DNA of 64,000 nucleotides from Octopus sinensis (taxonomy: Eukaryota), in NCBI RefSeq assembly GCF_006345805.1, contig NC_042999.1, positions 66,898,001 to 66,962,000 of the forward strand. Direction: 5' to 3'. The notes beneath the pieces are model-generated. The model saw only the letters and a program-made list of their open reading frames with translations, did not search any database and was not told the origin of the DNA. This document shows, piece after piece, positions 12,480 through 25,611 of the stretch (positions are counted from its first letter, which is position 1; the number at the start of each line of letters is the position of its first letter). Position numbers and translations under genes: made by a program.

Positions 12480-13500
12480 ATTTCTTTAGACTAAAATGTT
12501 TATAGTTTGTGTGACCAGATCCATTTATGCATGATGTCTCACGATTTATAATTCTCAATTTTATGTTTGCCGCAATGTTGTTTTCCTTAACTTCCATAGA
12601 TGTTTGGATAGGAATGTTGCGCTAATTTTGTATACTGTCTGAAAAGTGTTGGTGTATATTGTGCGTATCTTTAGTTGAAGGTCGATGTCGTCACTTCCTA
12701 TTTGTTTTCTTTAGACTATATTTGTAAACAGTTTCTGTATAATGGACACTTCCTATATATTTCGCATGAATTTTGATCACCAAAATGCAAGGCATTTCTT
12801 TTTAAATATAAGCGAACACTCACATGAAGTGTTGATTTTATTGCTTAACTCCAACTCTGATTCGATCATGTAAGTCTAGATTGGTTCGTTTAAATGCGTT
12901 CTTATCTAGGATTTAAACTTGTATGTTTTTTCTAACTACCACTTATGTAGCTGTAGCTTGCATCGTCGTAAAAATCAAGCCGCTGGCCTTCTCAAATTCA
13001 CTTGGTATCTATACTAGGCCACTGAAGCCCCCCACACACACACACACACTGTATGCAAAGACTAGAAATAGAATGGATTTCCTATCTATTCACTGCAGGG
13101 TAGTCGCCAAAGAACAGACATCAAGTTATCACTAAATTGATTATTGTTTTTATCATGCTGTATTTATAAGTAATTAGTCTCTATTCCATTTAAATCTGTT
13201 CAAGGATTCTTTCACCAATATTTCGACAACTGCGGCGATTGATAAGCTTAGCTGAGGCATCTTATAAGACCAAAACATTTCCCTGTCTCCCATACTTACA
13301 GAAAGTGTTGAAGAAATATTAGTAATTGAACTAAAGTTGTCTTTTCGTCATGGCATAATTACTTTTTTTTTTAATGCTTCTTTCATTAAAAATCCAACTT
13401 ACTTTAGATATATGTAGATGGCAAGTTTGGCTAATTGATCCTAATGATTTAAAATTTCATAAATAATAGTTAAGGAATCCAATCCAGTTTATATTTATTT
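12480..13500. pseudogene. Highly decayed, internally inverted Penelope-like element remnant
   Basis: Plus strand 13393-13425 reads PTYFR-YVDG (RT YVDD-like); minus strand 13140-13300 reads KCFGLIRCLS*AYQI (thumb-like); minus strand 12500-12720 is GIY-YIG-like. Read by eye with many disruptions. Confidence 0.35.
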
Positions 13501-14323
13501 AGTAATTTACAGCAATAGAATTGCATGACTTCTACAAGAATCGATCTGGGAACCAAAGCCTGCTTCCATGCAGTTAACTCTATATATTGTACTTGATTAC
13601 CTAACAAAATATTGCTCTTCTGATATCTTTTGACGGCCTGTCCACGAAATTTAAAAGTAAATGCAGCTGATGTATTATTTTAACAGCTAAAGATAAGTAG
13701 TTAGATAGAACACGTAAACGAGAAACATATTCCACATTGATACAATGTGGGAATTGGAAATTAAACATTTAGTGTCTCCAATGAAGAGATGATAATATAC
13801 AATGTGTCTGGATAGCTGTGTTTTATCAATTTGTGCACAACGTCTCCCTAACACTTCATAATTGAACGAAAAGTTGATAATGCTGATAAATATTTTCAGA
13901 AAATAAAGCAACTTTGGTGTTGAATTGTTGCAATCATACTTTTGACATTAATTCATTAATCAACAAATACGGTAAAACAGATGTGATATGTTTTCTTCAC
14001 CCATTGTAAGAATTATATTCGTGAAATCTGTACAGATTAGACATACAATGTAAAACGCAAAATCCAATTTATCTGATATGAAAAGGCGACTGAAATCCAT
14101 CATATGATTTTGTCGATCGTTAATAGGCTGTCAGATGAGTGAAGAAGCCTGAGAACAACGAATGAGTCGGAAATGAAAAGCCATTTAAAGTTGTTCATTA
14201 ATCTTGATTTTTCATAAGCTAAGAAGATAGAGTGTTTTTACTGAAAGAACATGTCAGATCTTTTGAATTGAGGACCAAGCTAGTTAAAGCAGCAGACGAT
14301 TGTTTTTTTCATATGTTCATCGG

Positions 14324-14384
<61 letters not shown>

Positions 14385-14729
14385 TATTATTATTATTATT
14401 ATTATTATCATTATTATTATTATTACTATTTCTTTTCTTTTCTTTTCTTTTGCAGGTTTCTTTCTGTTTTACTCAACTTTGACGATATTTCGATAATGAT
14501 TGATAAAAATTTATTGCGGCAAAAATATGTTGCACTCAAAAATGTCTAACGCTAGCAATCAAGTTCCTAATTATACGTATTGGTGGAGGATAAACCGATT
14601 TGTATTGTCTTTAGAATAATACATGCTGACCTGATTTTCCTTTCGATCGGGTAAGAAACTAGATTTTGGTTCTTTACACTTTAGAAAGTTCGGTGTTCAA
14701 AACAGTAGTAAGGTACTGTAGGTGTATGT

Positions 14730-15365
14730 AGGGAGCGTGGTTGTGTGATAAGAGGCTTGCTTCCCATCAATACGGTACCGGGTTCCGTCTCACCGAGTAG
14801 CACCTTGGGCAAGTGTCTTCTACGACCAAAGATTTTCGAGAGGGTTTGGTAGGAGAAAACTGAAAGAAACCTGTGGGCTGCGATTTGACAGAAACGTTAG
14901 CACGCCGGACGAAATGCTTAGCGGTATTTCGTCTGCCGCTACGTTCTGAGTTCAAATTCCGCCGAGGTCGACTTTGCCTTTCATTCTTTCGGAGTCGATT
15001 AAATAAGAGTCTGTTACTCACTGGGGTCGATATAATCGACTTAATCCGTTTGTCTGTCCTTGTTTGTCCCCTCTATGTGTAGCCCCTTGTAGGCAGTAAA
15101 GAAATAAGAAACCCGTAGGAGTGTGTGTGCGTGTCTTTGTGTCTGTATTTTCCCCACCACCATCATCATTGCTTGGCAACCGATGTTGTTGGGCTTAACT
15201 CCCCGTAACTTAGAGATTCAGCAAAACAGTTTGATAGAATAAATATTAGGCTTACAAAGAATAAGACCCGGAGTCAATTTGTTAGACTAAAACCCTTTAA
15301 GGCGGCGCACCAGCATTGCCACATTCAAACGATTGAAACAAGTAAAAGAATAAAAAAGTAAAAGA
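14730..15365 (+). mobile_element. SINE B with nested SINE A (14878-15108)
   Basis: The B head (14730-14875) and B tail (15110-15365) are separated by a complete family A body. Confidence 0.85.
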
Positions 15366-15561
15366 ATGTGTACATATATAATTGTAATTAAGATGGAAAA
15401 GCACACAAATTTTGTAGTTGAGAATAAAAATTCTTTAATCCATAATAATATGTACAAAGTCAACCGGTTTCGCTTCGCTAATCATGACTCAATGTTATGA
15501 AATCATAAGTTTTTGATGTGATCTTGCATAGAAGCAGGCATGATACAGTTTTTAATAATAT

Positions 15562-15757
15562 AAGAATTTAAGAGATGAGAAATTATTTACATTATTTACA
15601 TATGACGGATATTTGTCCTCATCTTGTTTGTTGTTAATACATCGTTTCGGCTGATATATCCTCCAGCCTTCATCAGGTGTCTTGGGGACATTTCGAACCT
15701 GGTTTCTCATTCCTAAGGTATTTTTCGATATTATTATTATTATTATTATTATTATCA

Positions 15758-15808
<51 letters not shown>

Positions 15809-15831
15809 TCACTACCTGGAATCGAACTCGG
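15562..15831 (-). mobile_element. tRNA-head / (AAT)n / hammerhead element (family H), 5'-truncated at the B box
   Basis: Reverse complement: ccgagttcgattccaggtagtgacctg(aat)n..accttaggaatgagaaaccaggttcgaaa..gacacCTGATGAaggctg..cagccGAAAcgatgtatt..gtaaataat. Confidence 0.8.
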
Positions 15832-15837
15832 GCAGAA

Positions 15838-15920
15838 GGTGTAGTGGTTAAGAGCGGGGGCTACTAACCCCAAGATTCCGAATTCGATTCGAAGTACTGA
15901 CCTGAATAATAATAATAATA

Positions 15921-15982
<62 letters not shown>

Positions 15983-16016
15983 TAATAATAATAAAATAAT
16001 AAAAATAATAATGATA

Positions 16017-16081
<65 letters not shown>

Positions 16082-17071
16082 AGGAAGCTGACAAATACAA
16101 ACAAGAAATCATACCACCTAATAAACATGAAGAAAATGAAGAAGATGAAGAAACACACAAAAGCTAAAACAAATGAAATCCAACTAAAATAGAACAGCAA
16201 CGAACCATGATAAAACGATGGCAAGAAAAGCCCCTTCATGGTAAATACTGGACTAAACTAAACGCAAAAGAAATAGACAAAGAAAAATCCCAGCAATGGT
16301 GAGAGCTCAGGACTCAAAGCAGAAACAGAGGGATTTTTAATTGCAGCACAAGACCAAGACCTCCCCACCAGAAATTACCAAAAACATGTAATGAAAAGAA
16401 ATATTACAAGTAACTGCAGAATATGGGGAGATGGACAAGAAACAATAAATCATATTATCTCTAGCTGCCCAGTCCTGGCTAAGAAGGAATATATTCACAG
16501 ACATGACAGAGTTGGAACCTACATACATTGGAAGCTATGCCAACATTATGGAATAACAACAGAAAAAAGATGGTATAGGCACACACCAGAAAAGGTCACG
16601 GAAAACGAGAAAGCAACCATACACACAGATAGAGAAATTAAGGCCAACAGACCAGATATAGTTATCAGAGATCATGAAGAAAAAAATGCTTTCTAATTGA
16701 TGTATCAATACCGGCTGATGACAACGTGTCTCTAAAAGAAATGGAGAAACTCTCAAAATACAAAGACCTGGAAATAGAGGTAACCAGAATGTGGAATCTG
16801 AAAACAGAAACAATTCCTATCATAGTAGGTGAATTAGGCATGATAAAAAATATTCAGACAAATACATAACAAAAACACCAGGACTTACAAACACATATAA
16901 CATACAGAAAATTGCACTACTAGGCACTGCACACATCCTACGCAGAACACTTTCCATACAATAACCATCAGAGCATCACAACAAATCACAGCACATACCC
17001 AAGGCAACACAGAGCTGCGCTCGGTAGTGAAGTGAAAGCACGCTATAAAAATAAAACTACTGAATATAATA

Positions 17072-17143
<72 letters not shown>

Positions 17144-17173
17144 TATAAAATAATAATAATAATAAAATAATAA

Positions 17174-17205
<32 letters not shown>

Positions 17206-17234
17206 TATAATAATAATAATAATAATAATAATAA

Positions 17235-17271
<37 letters not shown>

Positions 17272-17412
17272 TCGAAATATACCTTAGGAATGAGAACCAA
17301 TGTTCGAAATTTCACCAAGACATCTGATGAAGGCTGGAGGGTATATCAGCCAAAAAGTTGTGTTAACAACAATGAGGACAAATATCCGTCAAATGTAAAC
17401 AATGTAAATAAT
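15838..17412 (+). mobile_element. Family H element split by an R4/Dong LINE inserted in its internal (AAT)n
   Basis: Head ggtgtagtggttaagagcgggggctactaacc...cgaattcgattc at 15838-15900; tail with HHR-like motif at 17270-17412; compare the uninterrupted copy at 57048-57325. Confidence 0.8.
16081..17065 (+). mobile_element. 5'-truncated R4/Dong-clade non-LTR retrotransposon (CCHC knuckle + REL endonuclease, frameshifted)
   Basis: KAETEGFLIAAQDQ...CRI.G...ETINHIISSCPVLAKKEYIHRHD...ANRPDIVI...IDVSIP...KLSKYKDLEIEV; stop at 16962-16964; flanked by (TAA)n on both sides. Confidence 0.88.
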
Positions 17413-18230
17413 GAACACAGAATCAAGAGTTTAAAAAGGTGGACCACGAACTGTGAAACATGTCCCAACATAATGGATGGCTGAGAATTTCATTTTAAAC
17501 AAGGACAAGAATTTTAAATTAAAACTGACTTCTCTTGCGCCTCTGAAAATGTCATTAACGTCATAACATGTTCCGACTGCTGTAGGAAATGTATCGGCTC
17601 AGCAAGCATGTCCCTCAGACATAGATCTACACCACACAGACAACAAATCTACCACTCTCTATACCGTCAAATACCACTCAGTCGTCACATAGACAAGTGT
17701 GCTAAGGAACACCAACCACAATGCACAATATTCCCACTATACCAATGCACAGAAAGGGCCTCAACTCAACAACGACTAAATGATGAGGCTACATTTATTG
17801 AAAATTACAGTGGAATATACACAGAACTTAATATGAATGGACTTCACAAAAAAAACAACCAGAATAACAGAAAGATTTACCTCCTCTTAACTCAGAAATA
17901 TTTATTCTACTGATTATACCGTTAGCTATAAAAATATTATATTCACAGCTCTACTCTCCAGTACAACTGCAAAAATCTTTATCCACACAAACAAGATTTC
18001 ACTGCTCTTTCACTTTGATTCTTATTCTATATTTACCACCACGTTGAATCTCCCTCCATATTTTTCACCTATATAAACATATATTTTTTTCTGTGTCCAT
18101 TTCTGTAGGAAAGCGTAGGCTAGAAATGTAAAAGACTTTTTCTATTCCTGAGCGTTATACTAATACATCTGTTTGCTTTGTACACCACCTGTCTTCGTCT
18201 TTTGTTTTTTTCGTAAGCTCTCCCTATATA
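17413..18230 (+). pseudogene. Penelope-like element 3' fragment: degenerate GIY-YIG endonuclease plus 3' terminal repeat
   Basis: NCETC..I.DG.EF.FKQGQEFKIK..FSC.SENVINVITC..C..KCIG...SLRHR...HRQQI...IPLSRHIDKC...IFP.Y...R.N.E..FI; terminal repeat with HHR-like fold at 18097-18136. Confidence 0.75.
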
Positions 18231-18404
18231 TACACACACTAGAAAAAGGTTAGTAACATCCTCATGAAAGATTTCATACATTTTTCTAAAAATAATTCTC
18301 TTTAGAAATCCCCTTTACACTTCAAAAACTGTATTAAATAATCCTCATAGACCTTCAAATATATATATATATATATATAATATATATATATATATGTGTG
18401 TGTG

Positions 18405-18453
<49 letters not shown>

Positions 18454-18464
18454 GTATGTACATA

Positions 18465-18608
18465 AGGGGAGAATTCACAAATAAACAAAAAAACGAAGAC
18501 AGGTGGTGTAGAAAACAAACACATGTATTAGTATAACGCTCGAGAATTGAAAAAGTTTTTAACGTTCGAGCCTACACTGTTCCACAGAAAGGAAGACAGA
18601 AATAACAA
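18465..18608 (-). repeat. PLE terminal-repeat fragment with CUGUNGA HHR-like fold
   Basis: Inverted homolog of 18090-18225; related copies at 26880-27173 and 35060-35125. Confidence 0.7.
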
Positions 18609-18684
<76 letters not shown>

Positions 18685-19029
18685 AGGATAAAATCGTTAA
18701 TTTACATATCGATCTTATCAAGTGGCCAGCATGGGAATAAAAACCTTCAAAGGTAATAATTATTATTAAAATTATAATTTAGGGTATCTAAGAGATACCA
18801 CTACGCTGGAAATAGCAGCCAAAACTTTACTCCAAAACCACATTAAATGTTCATACAGCACCAGGAGAGAAGACAAAAGGACAAAATAAACTAGTAAAAA
18901 ATTACTGGATAATTCCAGATCCCGGATTTCTGGCTCTACATAAGAAATGCTTTGCCTCTTCAGTGGAATATACACAGATAGTAACATAAATATATATATA
19001 TATATGGGGTGGTGGTGGTGTATGTGAAT

Positions 19030-19286
<257 letters not shown>

Positions 19287-20094
19287 GTAAATTGCTCATT
19301 CTGAAAAGAAGGTTATGCATAGTTCTTCATGTATAGATTGACATATTTTATGTTGCTATAAATGTGGTGTATGATTATAGATATACATGTGTGAGTGAGT
19401 GTGTGTGTGTGTATGTGTGTGTGTGAGTGCCTGTATATCTGTGTGTGTCTGTGTGATAGCGCCGAAAGTGTACTTGAATGAAATTGCGTGATCTGCTGGA
19501 AAATGTAACAAACAAATTTGCCTTCGATGCAGCTTACTGTTTGCGGCTTTTTTGTTTTTTGTTTTTCTTTTGCTTTTTCTGTCTGAGAGCGCGTGTGCGT
19601 GTGTGTGTTATGTTTTGTGTGAACTTGTATTTCTAAGTTGTGATTATGCGTGTTAAGCCTGTTGTTGCAGCTAACAACATCAATCAAATGCTTATATGGT
19701 TTGGTTTTGTTTTTTGTTTTTTTCACATTTCTATTTTCTATTCCTTACTATTTTGGCATAGAAAAATGATCTGATCATCAGTCATTTTGTGCAAATCGTC
19801 ACGCGACTCAGTCTTTATTCACTAAAATATTGTATTTGTCTCATATCATCTAACATTTAACAATAATGGTTAGGCTGTGCTTTGGTGGTGATACCTGATA
19901 TGACTGAAACATGTCAAGAGTTATCACCGTACTGCCAAACGTCACACTCCCTTCCCCACTACATTCTATTTTAATTCAACTCCGAGGTTGTCTACCTTGC
20001 CATTCTTGACCGTAATTAATCATCAAAATATGTATTTACCTCCTCAGTACAGGTGAATTTTTATTTAGACAACTTTTTTTCCATGGCTCGCATA

Positions 20095-20340
20095 TTTTAC
20101 TTGCTTCAGTTTTTCGACTGCACCGGCTTGAAGGGTTTTAGTCGAATAAATCGATCTCAGGTTTTTTTTTCTTCTTTAAGTTTGGTATTTATTTTATCTT
20201 TTATTTTACTGAACCACTTAGTAATGGTGACATAAAAAAGCCATTTACGATTTCTAGCGGTGGCAGTCGAACACAAACACGCACACATACACATACACAC
20301 AGACATATATGTATATATAATATATATATATATATATATT

Positions 20341-20409
<69 letters not shown>

Positions 20410-20475
20410 GTGTGTATGTATTTACTCTTTACTTGTTTAAGCCATGCGGTCTTGGTTATGCTGGAGCACCACCAT
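20095..20475 (-). mobile_element. SINE B 3' portion
   Basis: ttttactcttttacttgtttaagccatgcggtcttggttatgctggagcacc and ttttacttgcttcagtttttcgactgc match the reverse complement of the B tail. Confidence 0.65.
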
Positions 20476-20812
20476 AGTCCTTCTGACTTCTTCAGACTGG
20501 CTGTTTCACATCACCACTTCTGTATGTGTGTGCCCTTGTCTCAGCTGTTGGTACATTTAGTGCATAAGGGAGTTTGATTCCGCTGCCCTTGTCTGTACTT
20601 CATGTAGGGTTATTTGGGTCTAACTTGCTCATTGCTTGTGTATGTGTGTGCGTGCGTGCGCGTGTGTGTGTATGAGTGTGTAAGTTGTTAAAAGCAGTGT
20701 TGTGTTTATATTATATCCTTGTACGTACGTATGGAAGGAGATTTGTTTGCCATTTTTAATCGATCGAGTAACCGCGTAGAAGGATCCTCGTAAGCTTCAA
20801 AGTGTGTGAGTG

Positions 20813-20852
<40 letters not shown>

Positions 20853-20857
<5 letters not shown>

Positions 20858-21152
20858 AGGCGCAATGGCCCAGTGGTTAGGGCAGCGGACTCGCGGTTTC
20901 GATTCCCAGACCGGGTGTTGTGAGTGTTTATTGGGCGAAAACACCTAAAGCTCCACGAGGCTCCGGCAGGGGTTGGTGGCGATCCCTGCTGTACTCTTTC
21001 GCCACAACTTTCTCTCACTCTTTCTTCTGTTGGCCAGCTCGCTTAGCCAGCGAGGTGGCTTCATTTGAAGGCTAAAACAATGCGAAGCGCATTGTGACCA
21101 GCGATGTGTAGCAACATCTCATAGCCTGGTCGGTCACGGTGATCACGGTGAC
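20853..21152 (+). mobile_element. SINE family C
   Basis: ggaggcgcaatggcccagtggttagggcagcggactcgcgg...ttcgattccc...tcacggtgatcacggtga tail. Confidence 0.85.
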
Positions 21153-21249
21153 ATATATATATATATACATATACATATATATATATATATATATACATAT
21201 GGCTGTATGTATATGTGACGGTATGTGTGTGAGTGTGAGTGTGTGTGTG

Positions 21250-21282
<33 letters not shown>

Positions 21283-21401
21283 ATTAATTTCTTATTGCTC
21301 AGATTTTTCTGTTCCATTTTTACACCTATACTCTCTATGTCTCTTAGACTGTCTATAAAGTTCACGTACCACACCTTGCAAAAACCTATATATTATTATT
21401 A

Positions 21402-21460
<59 letters not shown>

Positions 21461-21472
21461 GTTATTAATGAT

Positions 21473-21665
21473 AAGGCGGCGAGCTGGCAGGATGGTTACC
21501 ACGTGGAGAAAAATACTTATCGGCATTTCTTCGTTCTTTTCGCTCGTAGTTCAAATTCTGCTAATATTCATCCTTTCGGGACCAATAAAATAATTACCAG
21601 TTGAGCACTGGAGTCGAGCTAATCAATTAGCCCGCTGCCTCAAAATTGCTGGTCTTGTGCCAGTA
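21473..21665 (+). mobile_element. SINE A variant
   Basis: aaggcggcgagctggcagg...tagttcaaattc...cctttcggg...aaattgctggtcttgtgcc. Confidence 0.75.
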
Positions 21666-22304
21666 CTAGTAAGAATTATCATTATTATTGACGTTGCTGT
21701 ATCAAGTCCTTTCCGGTTAAAGCGTTCCTCTTTTTTTAAGAACTCAGGATATGAATTGGCTTGCAGGTCGAGAGTCACATAAAATTACCCTCATTGGCTT
21801 CCGGCATCATTTATGCTAGTGTTTGAAAACGTCAATAAAAATCTTGAGATAACGTATCATCGGTCATATAATGTGACATGAAATATTTCTGCTAGCGCTG
21901 GTTGTGTCAGTGCATAAATCTGATAGCATGCACATCAAGATCATATCATTCGATTTGCCATTTCAACTTCGTGTGGTTAAATTCCCTTCGCAGTCTCATG
22001 GCTTCAGTTTCGATTCACTTACATGACACAGCGTGTCAGTGCCTTCTACGACATAACGGGTTTGTTCAAGCTTCGCCAGTAAAAGCAGGCAAACAAATAC
22101 TTTGGGAAATCCCATTGAAGGGGTTATTCCTGTTCATGGGCACACAGACAATCTAAAAGCCAGTCTAATGCCACATTTCTTCAATGCACAAAACACATCT
22201 TTCTTCTTGTCCCATAAGGTATAACCGCATTAATTATGTTATTTGACCAACTTTAAAATTAAAATAAAAAGAAAAATATGATGATGTACCAGTCACCGCA
22301 TTAT

Positions 22305-22585
22305 TTGTAATTGTTTGGGTTTGGTAGACGAAAATTGGAAGAAGCCCGTCGTATGTATATGTGTGCATGTGTGTGTGTGTAAGTCTTTGTTTATGTGTAT
22401 GTCCGCCCATACCGCTTGTTGGTGTGTTTACGTCCTCGTCATTTATCAATTCGGCAAAGAGACCGATAGAATAAGCACTAAGCTTAGAAATAAGTCCTGA
22501 GATCGATTTATTCAACTAAAATACTTTAAGGTTGTGCTCCAGGCTGGCCAGAGTTACATGATAGATACAAGTAAAAGAATAAAAG
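22305..22585 (+). mobile_element. SINE B 3' portion
   Basis: ttggtagacgaaaattggaagaagcccgtcg...gagaccgatagaataag...caagtaaaagaataaaag. Confidence 0.75.
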
Positions 22586-22891
22586 CATAGATATATTTAT
22601 ATATATCTTTATAAACATATATATATAGATAGATAGGTATATATATATATATATATATTATATATACATATGTGTGTGTGTTGTGTATTTATATATATAT
22701 AATATATCTATATATATATATGTGTATGTAATATTGGCAGGGCTGGCCTGCTAGGTAGCCGGCCAGAATGCTAGAAGAAGATCATCAACGATCAAACTAC
22801 AAGGGAAATTCTCTAGAGGAAGAATTCAGCGAACACCAGAACCAACTTTGGCGGGCAGGACATATGAAAATTTAAATAAAAAACAGACTTA

Positions 22892-22967
22892 AATGCATAC
22901 CTCGGTTTCGGTCTTAACAAAAGAATTACTTGCATAATTCAAGTGTCCGTGACTTCATCAGTACATT
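22892..22967 (-). ncRNA. Type I hammerhead ribozyme with intact core, inside a solo terminal-repeat-like unit (~22735-23210)
   Basis: Minus strand: AAUGUA-CUGAUGA-A-GUC...GAC-C-GAAA-CC-GA-GG-UA|UGCAUU. Stem I 6 bp with one G-U; stem II contains GAAUUAU-GCAA-GUAAUUC; GUA triplet. Confidence 0.7.
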
Positions 22968-23296
22968 CGGTCCTCGAGATGCAAACTGAAAGACACGTGC
23001 TTAGTCTTACTGATTACATCGGGAATAAAATTTCAAATATCTTGGTTCTGGCGCGCTAAGAGACTCATGAAGCGAAGGGCTGCAGTGAATAATTCACTGC
23101 GGGTAGTGCTTACAACTAGGGAACGTATTTATTTAAATATTTAAATATTGAGGGAGATAAATTAATATTAATTTTAATATCAATTTAAAACCAGTAGTCC
23201 AGCATTCAAAAATATATATATATATATATATAAAATATTATATATATATATATATTATATATATAGATATATATATATATAATATATATAATATAT

Positions 23297-23332
<36 letters not shown>

Positions 23333-23513
23333 GATATATATATATATATGTAGCTGCCGGTCAAGTAGTGTGGAGCGACTGACCTCCCTTGTTCGAAGGT
23401 TATATGGATACAGTTTGTGTATCAAATAACTAACTTAAGGCGATGGCCTCATGGAGCTAATAAGCGGACAGCTTTTTTCTTATTTTTATAAGAATGCCAT
23501 ATTAGTATGGCGA

Positions 23514-23653
<140 letters not shown>

Positions 23654-23675
23654 ATATATATATATATTATATATA

Positions 23676-24370
23676 TAACTGTAAACAACATGAAGTACGA
23701 AAACAAATGAGTAAGTAAGCAAACAACGAGAGAGAAAACTGGAAAACAGTAACACAAAGAACGGCCCTTCATCCCTTTCATCTGTTTTTGGCTGTCTATC
23801 TACTCCTCATTTCGAGCATTAAACGACAATATGAATCTTCGAAGACAGTTACTCCCATAAATACCAAAATAAAATTTTGGATTTATGGATGGTCAAAGTT
23901 GGGAACAAAAACAGGACAGTGGACACATACAAGGAAACCGAACGAAAACAAACATGGAGGGTCGTTAGACCAGAACGAGGGTAAAATAGCAAACGCTGGA
24001 GAAATGTTTTCTTTGAAAAGAGAAAGGATAGAAGAGAGAGATAGATGCCCAGTCCTTGGGACGTCCTGGAGAAAAAGAAAGATGGTCACGTGCGGAAAAG
24101 AAAGATGAACGGTGGTCATATGTGAGTAACGTGAGAGAGTAAAATAGAAAGAGGGAAGAGAGAGAGACAGATAGAAAACGGTGAAGAGGCGAAAAGGGGA
24201 ATTAGAGAAGGATGGGGGGGAAACAGTTACAGTAGAGTCGCATCAAAACGATTAAGATAATCTTACTTGGAAATGGATGCATATATGGGTACAGGACGTC
24301 AACCCAACTGTAAACAACATGAAATACGAAAACAAATAAGTTATATACAAACTCAACGAGAGAAAAGAAT
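23676..24370. repeat. Pair of ~65 bp imperfect direct repeats (23676-23740, 24305-24370) around a unique segment
   Basis: aactgtaaacaacatgaa(g/a)tacgaaaacaaat..g...aac...gagagaaaa occurs twice. Confidence 0.7.
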
Positions 24371-24677
24371 GTTCATAGCGAGTGGAATGTTAGAATCGGT
24401 AAGTTCAAAGTGAGGTGTATACTGCCTGTTATTCTTTAGGCTAAGGATATCCTGATTAGATTAAAGGTTATACTGTCGCAAGGAGGTGCGTGTTGATGCA
24501 ATGAATATCTAATCAGTATACGGACAAATTGTGACTGAATCTTCTTTGCGTCAACATGTACTTCCTTGCGACAGTATAACCTTTAATCTTATCAAGATAT
24601 CGTTGGCCTGAATAGTAGCTAGCGATATACACCTCACTTTCATTTTACCACTTCTAAGGTTCCACTCGCTATGAAAC
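24371..24677. repeat. ~307 bp fold-back element (arms ~135 bp, ~30 bp spacer)
   Basis: gttcatagcgagtggaa...gattaaaggttatactgtcgcaagga pairs with tccttgcgacagtataacctttaatc...ttccactcgctatgaaac. Confidence 0.85.
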
Positions 24678-25159
24678 ATATGTAGCACAGATTTCTGCTA
24701 CTATATTCCGTAACTTTTGTATTCTTTTTCGCACACTCGGCAATCATGCTCGCCTACCGTGGAATATAAAAAGAACTCTTTTCTACTCATCGTTTTCCGA
24801 TAAAGAAAAAGTATCCGCAACCTTTATGCATATGTGTGTGTGTGTGTGTGTGTGTGTAAGGTAACTAAGACAAGGTAGAAAATGCTAAAATGATTTTATC
24901 ATAAAGAACAATTTAGTACCGGTTTCAGTTACTGTGACTTCTTCAACTTAGAGTAAAGTATGAAAAACAATTAAATTGTAGAAAAATTAAATGAAATGTT
25001 ATATCAAAAACATATATTTCTCTAGTTTTCAAATGCAAGGGACATTTTCCTTTTTTCTGCCTGTCTCTGTCTCTCTTTTTTACTCTTGTGGGTTCTAGGT
25101 AGTTAGCAGCAGCTAGTTTGATACGAATTCTTGTCTTTTATATATACAGCATGCAGTGT

Positions 25160-25490
25160 AAGCGCATGGCGCAGTGGTTAGAGCGTCGGGATCACTACAA
25201 TGAGGCACTGAGTTCGATTCCTGGACTGGGTCGTTTGTTGTGTTCTTGAGCAAGACACTTTATTTTACGTTGCTCCAGTTCACTCATCTATAGAAATGAT
25301 TAGCAACGTGACTCTTTCCAAGCTGCAACGGCTTTTGGTTTGGGGTAACATCGGTGGCGTAAAGAGGGGAAGGTGGTATGCGTGGGGGACTTCTGGTCTT
25401 CCATGAACAAACTTGCCGGGGCTTGTACCTCGGAGGGGAACTTTCTAGGTGCATTCCCATGGTCATTTATGACCGAAGTGAGTCTTTAAC
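25160..25490 (+). mobile_element. tRNA-derived SINE (E-like head, different body)
   Basis: tggcgcagtggttagagcg (A box), gagttcgattcc (B box), ttgagcaagacactttatttt shared with family E. Confidence 0.75.
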
Positions 25491-25519
25491 TTTTTTATAT
25501 ACCTGGATACATACGTACA

Positions 25520-25555
<36 letters not shown>

Positions 25556-25611
25556 TATATAATATTATATATATATATATATATTAATATATATTATATA
25601 TATATATATAT

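Noticed and set aside
15838-15900. tRNA genes (also the heads at 20853, 25165, 57048)
   Set aside because: They have A/B boxes but lack a complete acceptor stem and continue into repeat bodies, so they are SINE heads.
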